Positions 1-9,680 are shown, counted from the first letter of the stretch. The stretch: 64,000 bases of DNA from a bacterium (GCA_037200965.1 JBBCGK010000001.1:416001-480000); one strand, 5' to 3'. Translations and numbers: made by a program. Notes: a model not told the origin generated them from the letters alone.

Positions 1-481
1 GCGGCGCGAAAAGCTCCGTGTCGATGCCAACCGGCATCCGCCGGGCCTTTCCCAGAAGCGCGGGCGCGGCGTAGGGCGACGTATAGAACACCTTCCGCGC
101 AAGAAACGCGGCGAGCTTGAAGCGCGCGTCGCGCTGCGGATGGTTGTACCAGAGAGCCGCGTGTTTCCTGAATACCCGCCAGAACAGTCCGCCGAGAATC
201 ATATATTCGGGATTCATGTGCACGAAGACCGTATCGTAGCGGCCGCGCAGCTTCCATATGAGCATTTTGAAGCGGTATGCATACGCAAGGCGGCTTCGCG
301 CGCCCTGTTCTTTTCCGAGAGAACATACCCGCACGTTGTCCGGAAGCGCGTGCGCTCCTTCACGCAGACAGATCACCTCGATGCTTTCGCATCTTCCCGC
401 GAGTTCTTCAAGCCAATGATGGAAGAAGCCGAGCACCGGATCCTCGCGGTCGACCGTTTGCGTGGCGATAAGGAGTTTCAT
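1..481 (-). CDS. glycosyltransferase (GT4-like N-terminal domain); gene starts inside the window and runs off its left edge
   Basis: Manual minus-strand translation from the ATG at 479-481 gives MKLLIATQTVDREDPVLGFFHHWLEELAGRCESIEVICLREGAHALPDNVRVCSLGKEQ... with no stop before position 1. ATGA overlap with the stop of the upstream glycosyltransferase. Absent from the ORF track because it has no in-window stop. Confidence 0.55.
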   Translation of the reverse strand, partial: MKLLIATQTVDREDPVLGFFHHWLEELAGRCESIEVICLREGAHALPDNVRVCSLGKEQGARSRLAYAYRFKMLIWKLRGRYDTVFVHMNPEYMILGGLFWRVFRKHAALWYNHPQRDARFKLAAFLARKVFYTSPYAAPALLGKARRMPVGIDTELFAP

Positions 482-1614
482 GAGAGCGTGCGGGCGAGGT
501 CGTTTGCTATGAGTGTCGGCTGGTCCGTGTACGCGGCAAGATGTTCCCTGGCGGCGACTTCGGCGCTCCGCACCATGAGTTGCCTGGCTTGCGCGTCCTC
601 TATCATGCCGACCATGGCTATCGAAAGCGCTGCGGGATCGGCGACCGGCACCGAAAGTACGTCGCGATATCCCCGGAACACTTCCCCGACGATGCCGACA
701 TCGGTCGTGATGATCGGCACCCGGGCGAGCGCGGCTTCGATGAGCGTAAGGCCGTAACCTTCATACGCGCTCGCTTGTATAAACGCTTGCGCGCTTTGCA
801 GAAGACCCCGGGCGTCGGCGCGTTCGCCAAGGAAGAGCACGTGCTTTTCAAGGCCCCATTTATGCACGTACCGCTCGAGCTTGCGGCGCTCGCGTCCCCT
901 GCCGACAAGCATGACGCCCGCTTGCGGATACTGCCCGTGCACGCGCGCAAGCGCGTCTATTATGTCTTCTATGCGCTTTTCGGGCTCAAGACGCCCGATC
1001 GCCACGAATGTGAACTTAAAGTCGTGCGGCGGAAGTGGTACCGGGGCGGATATCTCAAGCGGCGTCGCGATCGGAATAACGGTAGGCTCCTTGATGCGCG
1101 TGCCGTAGCGGAGCGTAAGCGAGTCCTTGATGCGCTTTGAGACCGCACGGATGCCGTCGGCTTTGGGAAGTACCTGGTCGGCAAAGCGGAGGCGGAAACG
1201 GTTCAAAAACGGCATGCGAACTTTGAGCGAGTGGAGGTTACCGTTTCTCGTAAACCAGGGGGAAAGGAAGTCGGTATGTATCTGTATATAAAGTTTCGCG
1301 TTCGTGCCTTTCACCGCCCAGAGCGCGATAAGGCCGTACTCGAACGGATCCTGCGCGGCAACGACATCGATGTTATAGGCAGTGATAAGCGCCCGGACTT
1401 TGGGCGGAAGAAACGCGAGTATAAGAAGTCGGGGCGTCCGGACCGGATGCAGGAAGAGCGTACCTTCCTGCTCTTCGCGCGCGCCCCGGGCGGCCCGGGA
1501 AATGATGTGCAGCTCGCCGCCCTTGATCGCGGCTGCATACGCGCGCATGCGCGCCCTCGAAGCGCTTCCGGGATTGAAAATCGATGGATCGTTCGAGACG
1601 AAAAGGACGTTCAT
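478..1614 (-). CDS. glycosyltransferase family 1 (GT4 fold)
   Basis: 378 aa. C-terminal GT1 motif ...ASAYEGYGLTLIEAALARVPIITTDVGIVGEV...; lies in a run of glycosyltransferase genes. Confidence 0.8.
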   Translation of the reverse strand: MNVLFVSNDPSIFNPGSASRARMRAYAAAIKGGELHIISRAARGAREEQEGTLFLHPVRTPRLLILAFLPPKVRALITAYNIDVVAAQDPFEYGLIALWAVKGTNAKLYIQIHTDFLSPWFTRNGNLHSLKVRMPFLNRFRLRFADQVLPKADGIRAVSKRIKDSLTLRYGTRIKEPTVIPIATPLEISAPVPLPPHDFKFTFVAIGRLEPEKRIEDIIDALARVHGQYPQAGVMLVGRGRERRKLERYVHKWGLEKHVLFLGERADARGLLQSAQAFIQASAYEGYGLTLIEAALARVPIITTDVGIVGEVFRGYRDVLSVPVADPAALSIAMVGMIEDAQARQLMVRSAEVAAREHLAAYTDQPTLIANDLARTLS

Positions 1615-2708
1615 ACGAGGGATTTTAGAAATGTGGCGGTTCTAGGAATCAGAGCCTCGACGGAAAAGCGTTTCGCGGATTCGCGCGCTTCCCGCGAAAG
1701 GCGCGCAGCAAGCTCCTTGTCGGAAAGAATGCGCCTGAGGGCTTCGACAAGCGCATCCGCATCGCCCGGCGGCGCGAGAAGCCCGTTCTCTCCGTTGCGT
1801 ATGAGTTCGCCGTTTCCGCCGACATCGGTCGTGACGACCGGAACGCCGAGCGCGAGCGCTTCGATAAGCAGATGCGAGAGGCCTTCGTATGAGGTATTGA
1901 GCACGAACGCGTCCGCGCTTTCCATGACCGTAAGCGTATCGGCGTGCGAGAGCCGTCCTGTAAGCACTGCCCGACTCCCGAGTTTCTTCGCGTGCGTCCC
2001 GATGTTCGCGTGTTCGGGCCCGTCGCCGACGATCGCGAGCGATACGCTCGGAACCGACTCCGATACCGCTGCGACCGCGTCTATCGTGCCTAGCATCCCC
2101 TTCCACGGTACCAGGCGGCCGACGGATACGACAAGAGGCCGCGAAAGCGCGGCCACCGATTCGTGCACCCTGCCCGGTTTTTCTGACTGCATGGCGTTAT
2201 AGATAACTTCGATTTTCTCTGCGGGGATGCCCCAAATCGCTGTAACGTCCTTGAGGTATGTGCTCGGGACGATCACGCGGACCGCGTTTTTCGCGACCCT
2301 GGTTTGGATCCATCTAAGTGCGCCAACTGGGAATGGAACCGTCTTCGTCCGGACGAACGTATCCAAATCGGCCACGATTCCAAACCGCTGCCTCCCCTGC
2401 TCCCAGGCATAGTCGCCGACGATCTTTACGACAAACGGCTTCCCCGCCCGTTTCGCGGCCTTCATCGCCGGAAAGCCGACCGAGACCGGGTCAAGCGCGA
2501 GTATCGCGTCCGCTTCCCGCGCTGCCTTAAGAACGCGGCGATAGTAGGCGAAATGCCGGATAAGCTTCGGCAGATGCCGTACATCCGAGAACTTCACCAC
2601 CTCGACCTCGATTCCCTGTCCAGGAAAGCCCTCGACAAGGAGTTTGGCGTAGGTAGCTGGCCCCCCGGACTCGGGCGGGTATAAAGGAGTCGCTATGACG
2701 AGCCGCAT
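1611..2708 (-). CDS. glycosyltransferase family 1 (GT4 fold)
   Basis: 365 aa. Motif SYEGLSHLLIEALALGVPVVTTDVGGNGELI; 4-bp overlap with the downstream gene. Confidence 0.8.
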   Translation of the reverse strand: MRLVIATPLYPPESGGPATYAKLLVEGFPGQGIEVEVVKFSDVRHLPKLIRHFAYYRRVLKAAREADAILALDPVSVGFPAMKAAKRAGKPFVVKIVGDYAWEQGRQRFGIVADLDTFVRTKTVPFPVGALRWIQTRVAKNAVRVIVPSTYLKDVTAIWGIPAEKIEVIYNAMQSEKPGRVHESVAALSRPLVVSVGRLVPWKGMLGTIDAVAAVSESVPSVSLAIVGDGPEHANIGTHAKKLGSRAVLTGRLSHADTLTVMESADAFVLNTSYEGLSHLLIEALALGVPVVTTDVGGNGELIRNGENGLLAPPGDADALVEALRRILSDKELAARLSREARESAKRFSVEALIPRTATFLKSLV

Positions 2709-2717
2709 GGGGCCATT

Positions 2718-3929
2718 CTAGCGGCTTTCAAGCATCCCGTCGAAGAGCGCTTTCATGTTCTGCGCGATGAGGTCCCAATCGTACTTCTCAAAGGCGAGGG
2801 CTTTTGCCGTCGAGAGGACTTCTTTTACCTTGTCTGGCCGCGAGAGTATATCTTTCACCGCAAGCGCAATCTGCTCCGGGTTGTTCTTATCGACCGCCCA
2901 CCCGGTCGTCGGCTTATCGGGATTGCGCTTTTCGTCGAACAGGAAGTCCCCGATGCCGCCTTCCTGCGTCGCTATTACCGGAAGCTCCGCCGCCATCGCT
3001 TCGACGAACGAGTTGCCCATGCCTTCCGAACGCGACGGCCTGATGAAAATATCGCACGCCTTGAGCGCGAGCGGCATTTCCGCATGGCCAATCTGTCCGA
3101 GGAAATGCGTACGTTCCCCGACGCCGGTAGTTTCTGCGAGTTTCTTGAGGACTTCTTCGTCAGGACCGATTCCGTAGATTATAAAATGCAGGTTCTCCGG
3201 GAGAAGCGCGAGTGCGCGTATGACGTCGTCTAGGGCGTTCTTGTGCACCAGCCTTGAGGTCGTGACCAGAAATATGTCGCCCGGTTTCTTGCCAAGCTTC
3301 TCACGCATTGCCTGTAATTCGCCAGCTGGATATAGATGCGAAAAATGTGCGGCATTCACCGCGTTTGGAATAACCTCCGCGGGGCCTTTAAAGCCCATAC
3401 GCCTGCCCCATGTCAGCAGGAAGTTTGAGATGGGTTGGAGCACGTCCGCCTTCGTGAAGCCCCACCTAAAAAGCGGCCATACGGGCCTCGCGATCTTCTC
3501 GATGTGCTCTGGCGGGTCCCCTTCCTGAAGCGTCAGGAGATATTTCACTTCGGGATGAAATGTCTTGAAGAGTCCGGCGGGAATACCGGTCGCATGTGCC
3601 ATCATCGCCCAGACGCCGTCAAAGTGGTGCGCTCGATGAAGCTTGAGCGCTGCGAAGAAAGCTCCAAACTGATACCAATGTTTGAGATAGTGGAGTGGAT
3701 ACCGTTTCAAGTCGTTCATCGATGGATTCAGACGCGCAGCACCGATACGGTGCACGACGACGTTCCTTATACGTTCTGTTCTCGGCAAGCCAGAGTCGAC
3801 ACGCAGTGTCAGCACATGAAACTCGAGTTGTTCGGGATCGATACGATCCGTTATTTCCTTGATAGCGACTTCCGCCCCACCTATGAATCGAGGATAGTAA
3901 TTAAGAGAAAATATGAGGATTTTCCTCAT
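2718..3929 (-). CDS. glycosyltransferase family 1 (GT4 fold)
   Basis: Start moved to the internal Met (MRKILIFSLNYYPRFIGGAEVAIKE...), which gives an ATGA overlap with the upstream gene's stop at 3926-3928. C-terminal motif SRSEGMGNSFVEAMAAELPVIATQEGG. Confidence 0.75.
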   Translation of the reverse strand: MRKILIFSLNYYPRFIGGAEVAIKEITDRIDPEQLEFHVLTLRVDSGLPRTERIRNVVVHRIGAARLNPSMNDLKRYPLHYLKHWYQFGAFFAALKLHRAHHFDGVWAMMAHATGIPAGLFKTFHPEVKYLLTLQEGDPPEHIEKIARPVWPLFRWGFTKADVLQPISNFLLTWGRRMGFKGPAEVIPNAVNAAHFSHLYPAGELQAMREKLGKKPGDIFLVTTSRLVHKNALDDVIRALALLPENLHFIIYGIGPDEEVLKKLAETTGVGERTHFLGQIGHAEMPLALKACDIFIRPSRSEGMGNSFVEAMAAELPVIATQEGGIGDFLFDEKRNPDKPTTGWAVDKNNPEQIALAVKDILSRPDKVKEVLSTAKALAFEKYDWDLIAQNMKALFDGMLESR

Positions 3930-5371
3930 AGCGATGTGTGCGCAGCCCTTTGGAGTATTTGCGAGTATGCGAAGCGCATTGCATTCGCGAACGAGTCGCC
4001 CGAGCCAAGTAACCTTTGTGCCCGCATGCGCGAGGCAAGCGAAGCGAGACGCCTGCCCTGCTCCGCATTTGAAGCATAAACCTGATCGGCGGCGCCAATG
4101 AACATACGCAGGAAAAGGCGGACATACCAAGATATATCCTGATCGGCGAGCGTGATGAGAAGCGGTACTGGCGACTCCTTACGAACTGAGAGGGCCGCAA
4201 GCGCGCCGTAACTTGCCATGAGTGACCATGAAAACAGGTACCGATGTTCTCGCACGAGCCTTTTCCCCGTACGCGCACCCAGAAACGGAAGAAGGTATTT
4301 ATCGAAGGAGTTTCCAAAACCGATACGATGGATAGTCGCGTTCGGCACCGGACAAACCGCATGGCGCGCATGCGAAACGTAATGCGTTGTAACGATATCG
4401 AAATGCAGCTCTGGCATCTGACGCATGAGCTCGCAAAGCGCGTCTTCAGCGGGTCCCGAGACCGGATGAAACGTCGTCGTAAAGACGAGCACGCGTTTTT
4501 CAGGTTCCGCGGCAGCATTCGTCCGCACCGTTTCCTTTCGTACGTATTCCTTAAGTGCACGAGAAGGACTCCACCCGAGCGAGCGCGTCTTGCCTGTATC
4601 AATGTCCGCCTGCGCGCGGTTGCCAGCGCGTTCCGGAAGCATGATGAGCGTACTGCTATAGAGCTTCGCGAGGTCGAGGATGGATATGCGGTCGTCGCTC
4701 CCGATCCCGTATCCGTCGCCATTTCCTTTCTCGCCGACAAGTATGAGGCCGTCGACAATATCTTCGACATGCGTGAAAATACGTTCCTGCGTTCCGGGAG
4801 CGACGACCGTGAGCGGCAAACCGCGTATGGCCTGCTGGCGGAATATTTCAACGACGGTGCCGTACGCATCCCCGCGCTCGCCGGGACCGTATACGTTATA
4901 GAAATAGGCGATCGCGTAGGAAAGCTCAAACCAAGTTCCGTAGTTGACGATCAGCTCCGTCATACTCGCCTTTGACCAGGCGTAAGGACTTTGGTCACGT
5001 CCGAGACCACTATCACCGAACTTGGTGGAACTGCCAGCATAGACCAGTTTTGCGCGGCGGCGGCGTACAAATTCGAGTACGGCAAACGTGCCGAACTGAT
5101 TCAAGTCCCAAACTTGCTCAATATCTTCAAAGCTTTTCTCGACACGGGAGTATTCCCCAAGATGATAGACAATGTCCGGAGTCTCGGGAATGAGCTTTTC
5201 TATATCCTTCGTATGTCCCTCCCTATAGTCGACGCCTGGAACATGATTCTCGCGGGAACCCGTAAAATAATTGTCGAGAGAAATGACCTTGTGCCCGTCC
5301 TTTATGAGCCGTTCGCACAGGTGTGAGCCGATAAAGCCCGCACCGCCGGTCACGAGGATAGTCTTTTGCAT
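3926..5371 (-). CDS. NAD-dependent epimerase/dehydratase (SDR) fused to a C-terminal GT4 N-domain-like region of about 190 aa
   Basis: N-terminus MQKTILVTGGAGFIGSHLCERLIKDGHKVISLDNYFTG (Rossmann GxxGxxG); ...YAWSKASMTELIV (YxxxK). C-terminal part KRVLVFTTTFHPVSGPAEDALCELMRQM... resembles a glycosyltransferase N-domain. One uninterrupted frame. Confidence 0.65.
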   Translation of the reverse strand: MQKTILVTGGAGFIGSHLCERLIKDGHKVISLDNYFTGSRENHVPGVDYREGHTKDIEKLIPETPDIVYHLGEYSRVEKSFEDIEQVWDLNQFGTFAVLEFVRRRRAKLVYAGSSTKFGDSGLGRDQSPYAWSKASMTELIVNYGTWFELSYAIAYFYNVYGPGERGDAYGTVVEIFRQQAIRGLPLTVVAPGTQERIFTHVEDIVDGLILVGEKGNGDGYGIGSDDRISILDLAKLYSSTLIMLPERAGNRAQADIDTGKTRSLGWSPSRALKEYVRKETVRTNAAAEPEKRVLVFTTTFHPVSGPAEDALCELMRQMPELHFDIVTTHYVSHARHAVCPVPNATIHRIGFGNSFDKYLLPFLGARTGKRLVREHRYLFSWSLMASYGALAALSVRKESPVPLLITLADQDISWYVRLFLRMFIGAADQVYASNAEQGRRLASLASRMRAQRLLGSGDSFANAMRFAYSQILQRAAHTSL

Positions 5372-5553
5372 GCCTTGAGGATAAGGGTTTCGTGAAGGAA
5401 TACAAGGCGAAAGCCGCCCCCGCCAGAAGCAACCTCGGCTGCTTCTGGCGGGGGCGATTACTCTTTCCTTGGCATAGCGGACTTTGGTTACGATCCAACA
5501 ATCTTTGTCCGACGTTCCTTAGTACTCTCCGTTCGGGGAAAAAGTTTCAAACA

Positions 5554-7545
5554 CTATGCCTCGCCCTTGAGTATTTTCTTCAGCGTCTCTTCAGGAACTT
5601 CGAAAGGCTGCACTCCTGGCGTTTTTTGCTGCGTTTGCGGTTCTTGCCGCGGTGCCGGAGCTTGGGGCACAACATCTGTCGCCGCGGAAGGCGCTACGGC
5701 TGGCTGCTTCGCGATAACGCTCGCGAGCGCGTCCTTGAGCGAACTTTGCTTCTCGGTCTCTTTCTGCTGTTTCTCCTTCCCGGCCGATGCGGTCATATTC
5801 TTGAGTATTGATTTAAGCTCCTCGGTGGTCTTTGCTTTCGGTACGGGCGGAACGCGTTCCCGGATCGGCGCGTTTATGGGCCGGTTTTGCTCTACGGAAG
5901 CGGGCTCGCCCATGGGAAGCTCTTCCCGGTGCGGGCGCGGCGGAAGCGCCTCTTCCTTTGGTCGTGGAGGGAGCGTACGCTCCGGAGAAAGGACAGGAGC
6001 GCGCATCAGGGTCCTTGCGGGAGAAGGCATGCGGGCCGGAACCGGGCGCTCGCTTGCCTCGCGCCGTGGCGCGGCAGGCACCGGGCGGGCCCCGGGCCCC
6101 GGCACTTCGCTTCCCTGGTTCGCAAGCGCCTTTTGCATGGCGACATTGCTTGGGGCTTTTCTCGGGGCCCCTGGCGGGCCGTACGAGGCCTTGCGCATGC
6201 GTGCGTCGACCGGCGCTTCGGAGGCGACGCTCGCCTCAAGCTCGGCGACTATGGCGCTTTCGATTCCTTCGCGCGGCGAGGTGAACTGCGCGCGGGAGGA
6301 GGCGATAACCTCGTTCCGGTACGAAACGGGCGGCGCTTCGATCGGCGGTATGGTTACGGCCGAAAACGGCGGCGAGCCGACGCCGTCGATCATGAGGGTC
6401 AGGTATATCTGCCGCTTGTCGAGACCGACGATGTCCTCCTTGAGGAAGGCGGGCGAAAAGACCGTTTCGAGTGTCTCGGCGTCGAAGGGACCGACGCGGA
6501 ACGCGACCGTCGTGCCCACGTTCCCGAATACGGCGTCCCGGACCTCTTCTTCCATCTGTTCGATGTACTGGTGCGCGATGACGAGGTTAAGTTTGTATTT
6601 TCGGGCTTCGGAAAGAATCTCGGCAAACGTCTCGTTCGCGAAGTTCTGGAATTCGTCGACATAGAAATAGAAGTGCGGGAGCCGGGCGAGGTCGGCGCCG
6701 TGGAGATTCGCGCGGCTCATGGCGCCGAGAAAGATGCGCGTCGTTAGCATGGAGCCCAGGAGCCGCATGTTGGTCTCGCCGACAAGCCCCTTCGAGAGGT
6801 TGATGATGAGTATCTTCCGGTTGTCCATCATCTCCCTGATGTCGAACGAGGACTTCGGCTGCCCGATAATGTTTCGAATGAGCGGGTTCCCGGTAAACTG
6901 GCCGATCTTGTTCTGGATCGCGGGCGTCGCCTCTTGCGTGTACTTGTCACCGTAGTTTGCGAATTCCTTGACCCAGAAATCCTTCACGACCGGATCTTTC
7001 ACGTTATCGACGACTTTGGTGCGATAAGCCCTGTCGGTGTACATGCGGTTCACCCCGAGAAGCGTCGCGTCCGGGTATTCAAGGAGCGCGAGGAGCGTGT
7101 TCGTGAGGATGTACTCCATGCGGGCGCTCCAGGCGTCCTCCCAAATCTTCTTGAAGGTCGCCATGAGACCCGAGACCACGAGGTGTCGCTTGTCGTACCC
7201 GACGTCTTCCATCACGTTGAAAGCGATCGGATTGTCCATGTCAAACGGCGCGAAGTAGACCACGTCCTTGATGCGCTCCTGCGGGACGTACTCCAGGAGC
7301 TTGTTGGCAGTCTCGCCGTGCGGGTCGATAAAGGTGAGACCTTCGCCGTTCCGAAGGTCCTGGATCGCCATGTTCTCAAGCAAGGTCGACTTGCCCATAC
7401 CCGTCTTCCCGATCACGTACATATGGCGGTCGCGGTCCTTCTGCTTGATGCCAAATGGCACTTTCTTCCCTCTCGAGTCGGTCGCCGCGAAATAGGTAAC
7501 GCGTTCCGGATTATCCATGCGCCTATTATACACTTTCCAACGCAA
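5554..7545 (-). CDS. TraD/VirD4/TrwB-like (type IV coupling protein family, FtsK/HerA superfamily) ATPase with a long Pro-rich C-terminal tail
   Basis: Walker A VIGKTGMGKSTLLEN followed by ...FIDPHGE (pattern of TrwB GTTGSGKS...VDPNGD); Walker B FYFYVDEFQNF. C-terminal roughly 260 aa is low-complexity and P/A/R/E-rich. Paralog at 59402..60715. Confidence 0.6.
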   Translation of the reverse strand: MRWKVYNRRMDNPERVTYFAATDSRGKKVPFGIKQKDRDRHMYVIGKTGMGKSTLLENMAIQDLRNGEGLTFIDPHGETANKLLEYVPQERIKDVVYFAPFDMDNPIAFNVMEDVGYDKRHLVVSGLMATFKKIWEDAWSARMEYILTNTLLALLEYPDATLLGVNRMYTDRAYRTKVVDNVKDPVVKDFWVKEFANYGDKYTQEATPAIQNKIGQFTGNPLIRNIIGQPKSSFDIREMMDNRKILIINLSKGLVGETNMRLLGSMLTTRIFLGAMSRANLHGADLARLPHFYFYVDEFQNFANETFAEILSEARKYKLNLVIAHQYIEQMEEEVRDAVFGNVGTTVAFRVGPFDAETLETVFSPAFLKEDIVGLDKRQIYLTLMIDGVGSPPFSAVTIPPIEAPPVSYRNEVIASSRAQFTSPREGIESAIVAELEASVASEAPVDARMRKASYGPPGAPRKAPSNVAMQKALANQGSEVPGPGARPVPAAPRREASERPVPARMPSPARTLMRAPVLSPERTLPPRPKEEALPPRPHREELPMGEPASVEQNRPINAPIRERVPPVPKAKTTEELKSILKNMTASAGKEKQQKETEKQSSLKDALASVIAKQPAVAPSAATDVVPQAPAPRQEPQTQQKTPGVQPFEVPEETLKKILKGEA

Positions 7546-7588
7546 CGGCCGCGCCTAAAGACGCGGTCGTTGCTTATTTTCGTTTTTT

Positions 7589-7816
7589 CTACCCTACGCT
7601 ACTGATTTCTTCAGAGCCGCCTGGCGCCGGAGCGGGAGCGGCGGCGGAAGCGCGTATCTCCGCGCGTACCCTTGATTGACGCAGCGAGAGGCCCGCGACC
7701 ACTATGGCGATGCCAAGGATCGGTAGAAACCATGAGAGCCACGAAACCGGAAGGCCCGAAAAAGGCGAAAGGAAAACGAGGACGCCAAGAAGTATAAGGG
7801 TACTTACGCGGGACAT
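7589..7816 (-). CDS. small hydrophobic (two predicted TM segments) hypothetical protein
   Basis: 75 aa: MSRVSTLILLGVLVFLSPFSGLPVSWLSWFLPILGIAIVVAGLS...; sits in an intergenic gap. Confidence 0.3.
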   Translation of the reverse strand: MSRVSTLILLGVLVFLSPFSGLPVSWLSWFLPILGIAIVVAGLSLRQSRVRAEIRASAAAPAPAPGGSEEISSVG

Positions 7817-7828
7817 GGCCAGATTCTA

Positions 7829-8512
7829 TCAAGGACTCACGATGACGACAAATTCTCCCCGGATCTCGCCCGGAAACGCCGCGAAATGCGCCCGGCACTG
7901 GGTAGCGGTGCCGACGACGAGCGACTCGTAGAGTTTCGTGAGCTCGCGGCAAACGGCGACCTTCCGATTGGCGTCGAGGACCTCGACAAGAGAATCGAGC
8001 GCTTTCTCGATACGGTGCGGGGATTCATAAAAAACGACAGCGCGCCGGCTTGTTCCGATTTCCTTAAAGAGCGTCTGCCGCCCTTTTTTATGCGGAAGGA
8101 ATCCGAGGAACGTGAACTCCGCAGCCGGGAGTCCCGCGATCGAGAGTGCGGCAGTAAGGGCCGAGGCGCCAGGGATGGCCTCGATCTTTACCGATTCCCC
8201 GAGCCGCTCGCGCGTTTCTCTTACCAGCTCGTTTCCGGGGTCCGAGATGCCCGGCGTCCCCGCATCGGTCACGAGCGCGACGCGCTTTCCTTCCCCAAGA
8301 AGCGCGAAGATCTTCGAGGCAGCCTTGGGGCCGCTTCGCGCATGGAAAATAAGAAGCGGCTTCGAGATTTCATAGCGCGCCAAGAGCTTCGCCGTCACGC
8401 GCGTGTCCTCGCACGCTATCGCGTCGGCCTGCCTGAGCGTCTCGAGCGCCCGCAGCGTGATGTCACCCAGGTTGCCTATGGGCGTTGCCACAACGGAAAG
8501 AGTCCCGAGCAT
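7829..8512 (-). CDS. rsmI: 16S rRNA (cytidine1402-2'-O)-methyltransferase
   Basis: MLGTLSVVATPIGNLGDITLRALETL...AIACEDTRVTAKLL...DAGTPGISDPG matches the RsmI / tetrapyrrole-methylase-like fold. Confidence 0.8.
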   Translation of the reverse strand: MLGTLSVVATPIGNLGDITLRALETLRQADAIACEDTRVTAKLLARYEISKPLLIFHARSGPKAASKIFALLGEGKRVALVTDAGTPGISDPGNELVRETRERLGESVKIEAIPGASALTAALSIAGLPAAEFTFLGFLPHKKGRQTLFKEIGTSRRAVVFYESPHRIEKALDSLVEVLDANRKVAVCRELTKLYESLVVGTATQCRAHFAAFPGEIRGEFVVIVSP

Positions 8513-8619
8513 CGTGTCCGTACCTTACCACCATGCGCTTCGTCCGAACAGCGCAGGACGCTGTTCCCGGGATTATTCGTGGATAAATTGCCGGGTCCAC
8601 GAGTCGTGATCCGGGGGTA

Positions 8620-9477
8620 TTAAGAACAAGTTGGCACAAGCGTGAGTGATTTCGTTAAGTAAATACGGGGCGAATTGAAGATTTCCGGCGAGGAAAATCT
8701 GAAGCAGAATTCCCTCACGTATTCCTCCAAGTTCTCGCTCCAGTGATGATGATACATCCTGCGCACGAAGGTGCGGTATACCCCGAACATTCCCTCGATC
8801 TCAGAGGTGTGCTCGAACTCGAATTTGGAGTGAATATCTCGCTGGTGCGACACCGGCCAGCGTTGGCTGATGTTCTTGTATATCGACCCGCCATCGGTCC
8901 AGAGCTCGCTTCCCGGCGCCACATGCTCGAACAGGAATGAGACGGCATCAGTCTTGGTTGGGTACCTGCCGTGGAATACCTCGAAGGCGAGCTTTCTCGT
9001 ACCTTTCTGCTTGGCCATGACGAGCGCGGCGTTTTTGAAGTACGCTTCGTCCATTTGGACGATACGTTCGAGCACATGGGTTTCCTGGGGCAAATGGAGC
9101 CTGAAGGTGGCATACCAACGCCTGACCGTGCGTTCCGGAAGGCCAGAGAGCGTGACGGCTTGGCGTACCGGCTCTTGTATGGTCCAGCACCAGAGCAGCA
9201 CCCACCACTGCTCGAGGGGGAGCTTCAGATTCGAGAGCCAGGTGTGCGAGGTGAGGGAGAAGCGGATGCGGCACGTGCGGCACCGATACCGCTCCTGTTG
9301 CTTTTCGATCCTTCGTGACCGGCACGAAGGACAGAACACGTTCTTGCCGAAGAGCGTACGGCGCAAGAACTTCCGAATCTGCGCTTCGCTCGGTATCTGT
9401 TTGAGAGTGTACATAGCTTCCATGGTATGGGAGCTGTGCCAACTGAGTCTGAATGCCCTGATCCGGGGACTTGACAA
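8620..9477 (-). CDS. IS1595-family (ISXO2-like) DDE transposase
   Basis: N-terminal zinc ribbon CPSCRS...YRCRTCR, then IVQMDEAYF...TDGGSIY...E, typical of DDE_Tnp_IS1595. Real start probably MEAMYTLKQ near 9423. Confidence 0.75.
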   Translation of the reverse strand: MSSPRIRAFRLSWHSSHTMEAMYTLKQIPSEAQIRKFLRRTLFGKNVFCPSCRSRRIEKQQERYRCRTCRIRFSLTSHTWLSNLKLPLEQWWVLLWCWTIQEPVRQAVTLSGLPERTVRRWYATFRLHLPQETHVLERIVQMDEAYFKNAALVMAKQKGTRKLAFEVFHGRYPTKTDAVSFLFEHVAPGSELWTDGGSIYKNISQRWPVSHQRDIHSKFEFEHTSEIEGMFGVYRTFVRRMYHHHWSENLEEYVREFCFRFSSPEIFNSPRIYLTKSLTLVPTCS

Positions 9478-9500
9478 TACAATATACTAAGGTGTATAAT
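9471..9500 (+). promoter_or_regulatory. near-consensus sigma70-type promoter (TTGACA-18bp-TATAAT)
   Basis: TTGACA at 9471-9476 and TATAAT at 9495-9500. A 7-bp inverted repeat ATTGATG...CATCAAT lies just downstream. Confidence 0.5.
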
Positions 9501-9547
9501 TGATGCCGTACCCTGTACATCAATCATCACGCTAAGAGGAGAGTTAC

Positions 9548-9658
9548 ATGGATATGACCACCTTACCCTTCGTTGTCGCTTTGGCGACGTTCGGGCTGTA
9601 TTTCGCGGGCCTGTTTTTCGAGGCACGCGCGACAGCGATCCCGTACTTCCGCCCGTAG
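9548..9658 (+). CDS. 36-aa hydrophobic peptide ORF with a strong ribosome-binding site
   Basis: AAGAGGAG 6 nt upstream of the ATG; MDMTTLPFVVALATFGLYFAGLFFEARATAIPYFRP*. Below the ORF-track length cutoff. Confidence 0.3.
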   Translation: MDMTTLPFVVALATFGLYFAGLFFEARATAIPYFRP

Positions 9659-9680
9659 ACCGAAAAACGGGCGTCTCATT

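Noticed and set aside
140-757. 205-aa plus-strand ORF at the left edge
   Set aside because: Overlaps two minus-strand glycosyltransferase genes: 478..1614, and the partial gene 1..481 whose translation has a clear GT N-domain character. The plus-strand translation has no motifs.
5567-7605. Several plus-strand ORFs (5567..6664, 5887..6747, 6934..7605)
   Set aside because: All antisense to the TraD-like ATPase gene, which has Walker A/B motifs.
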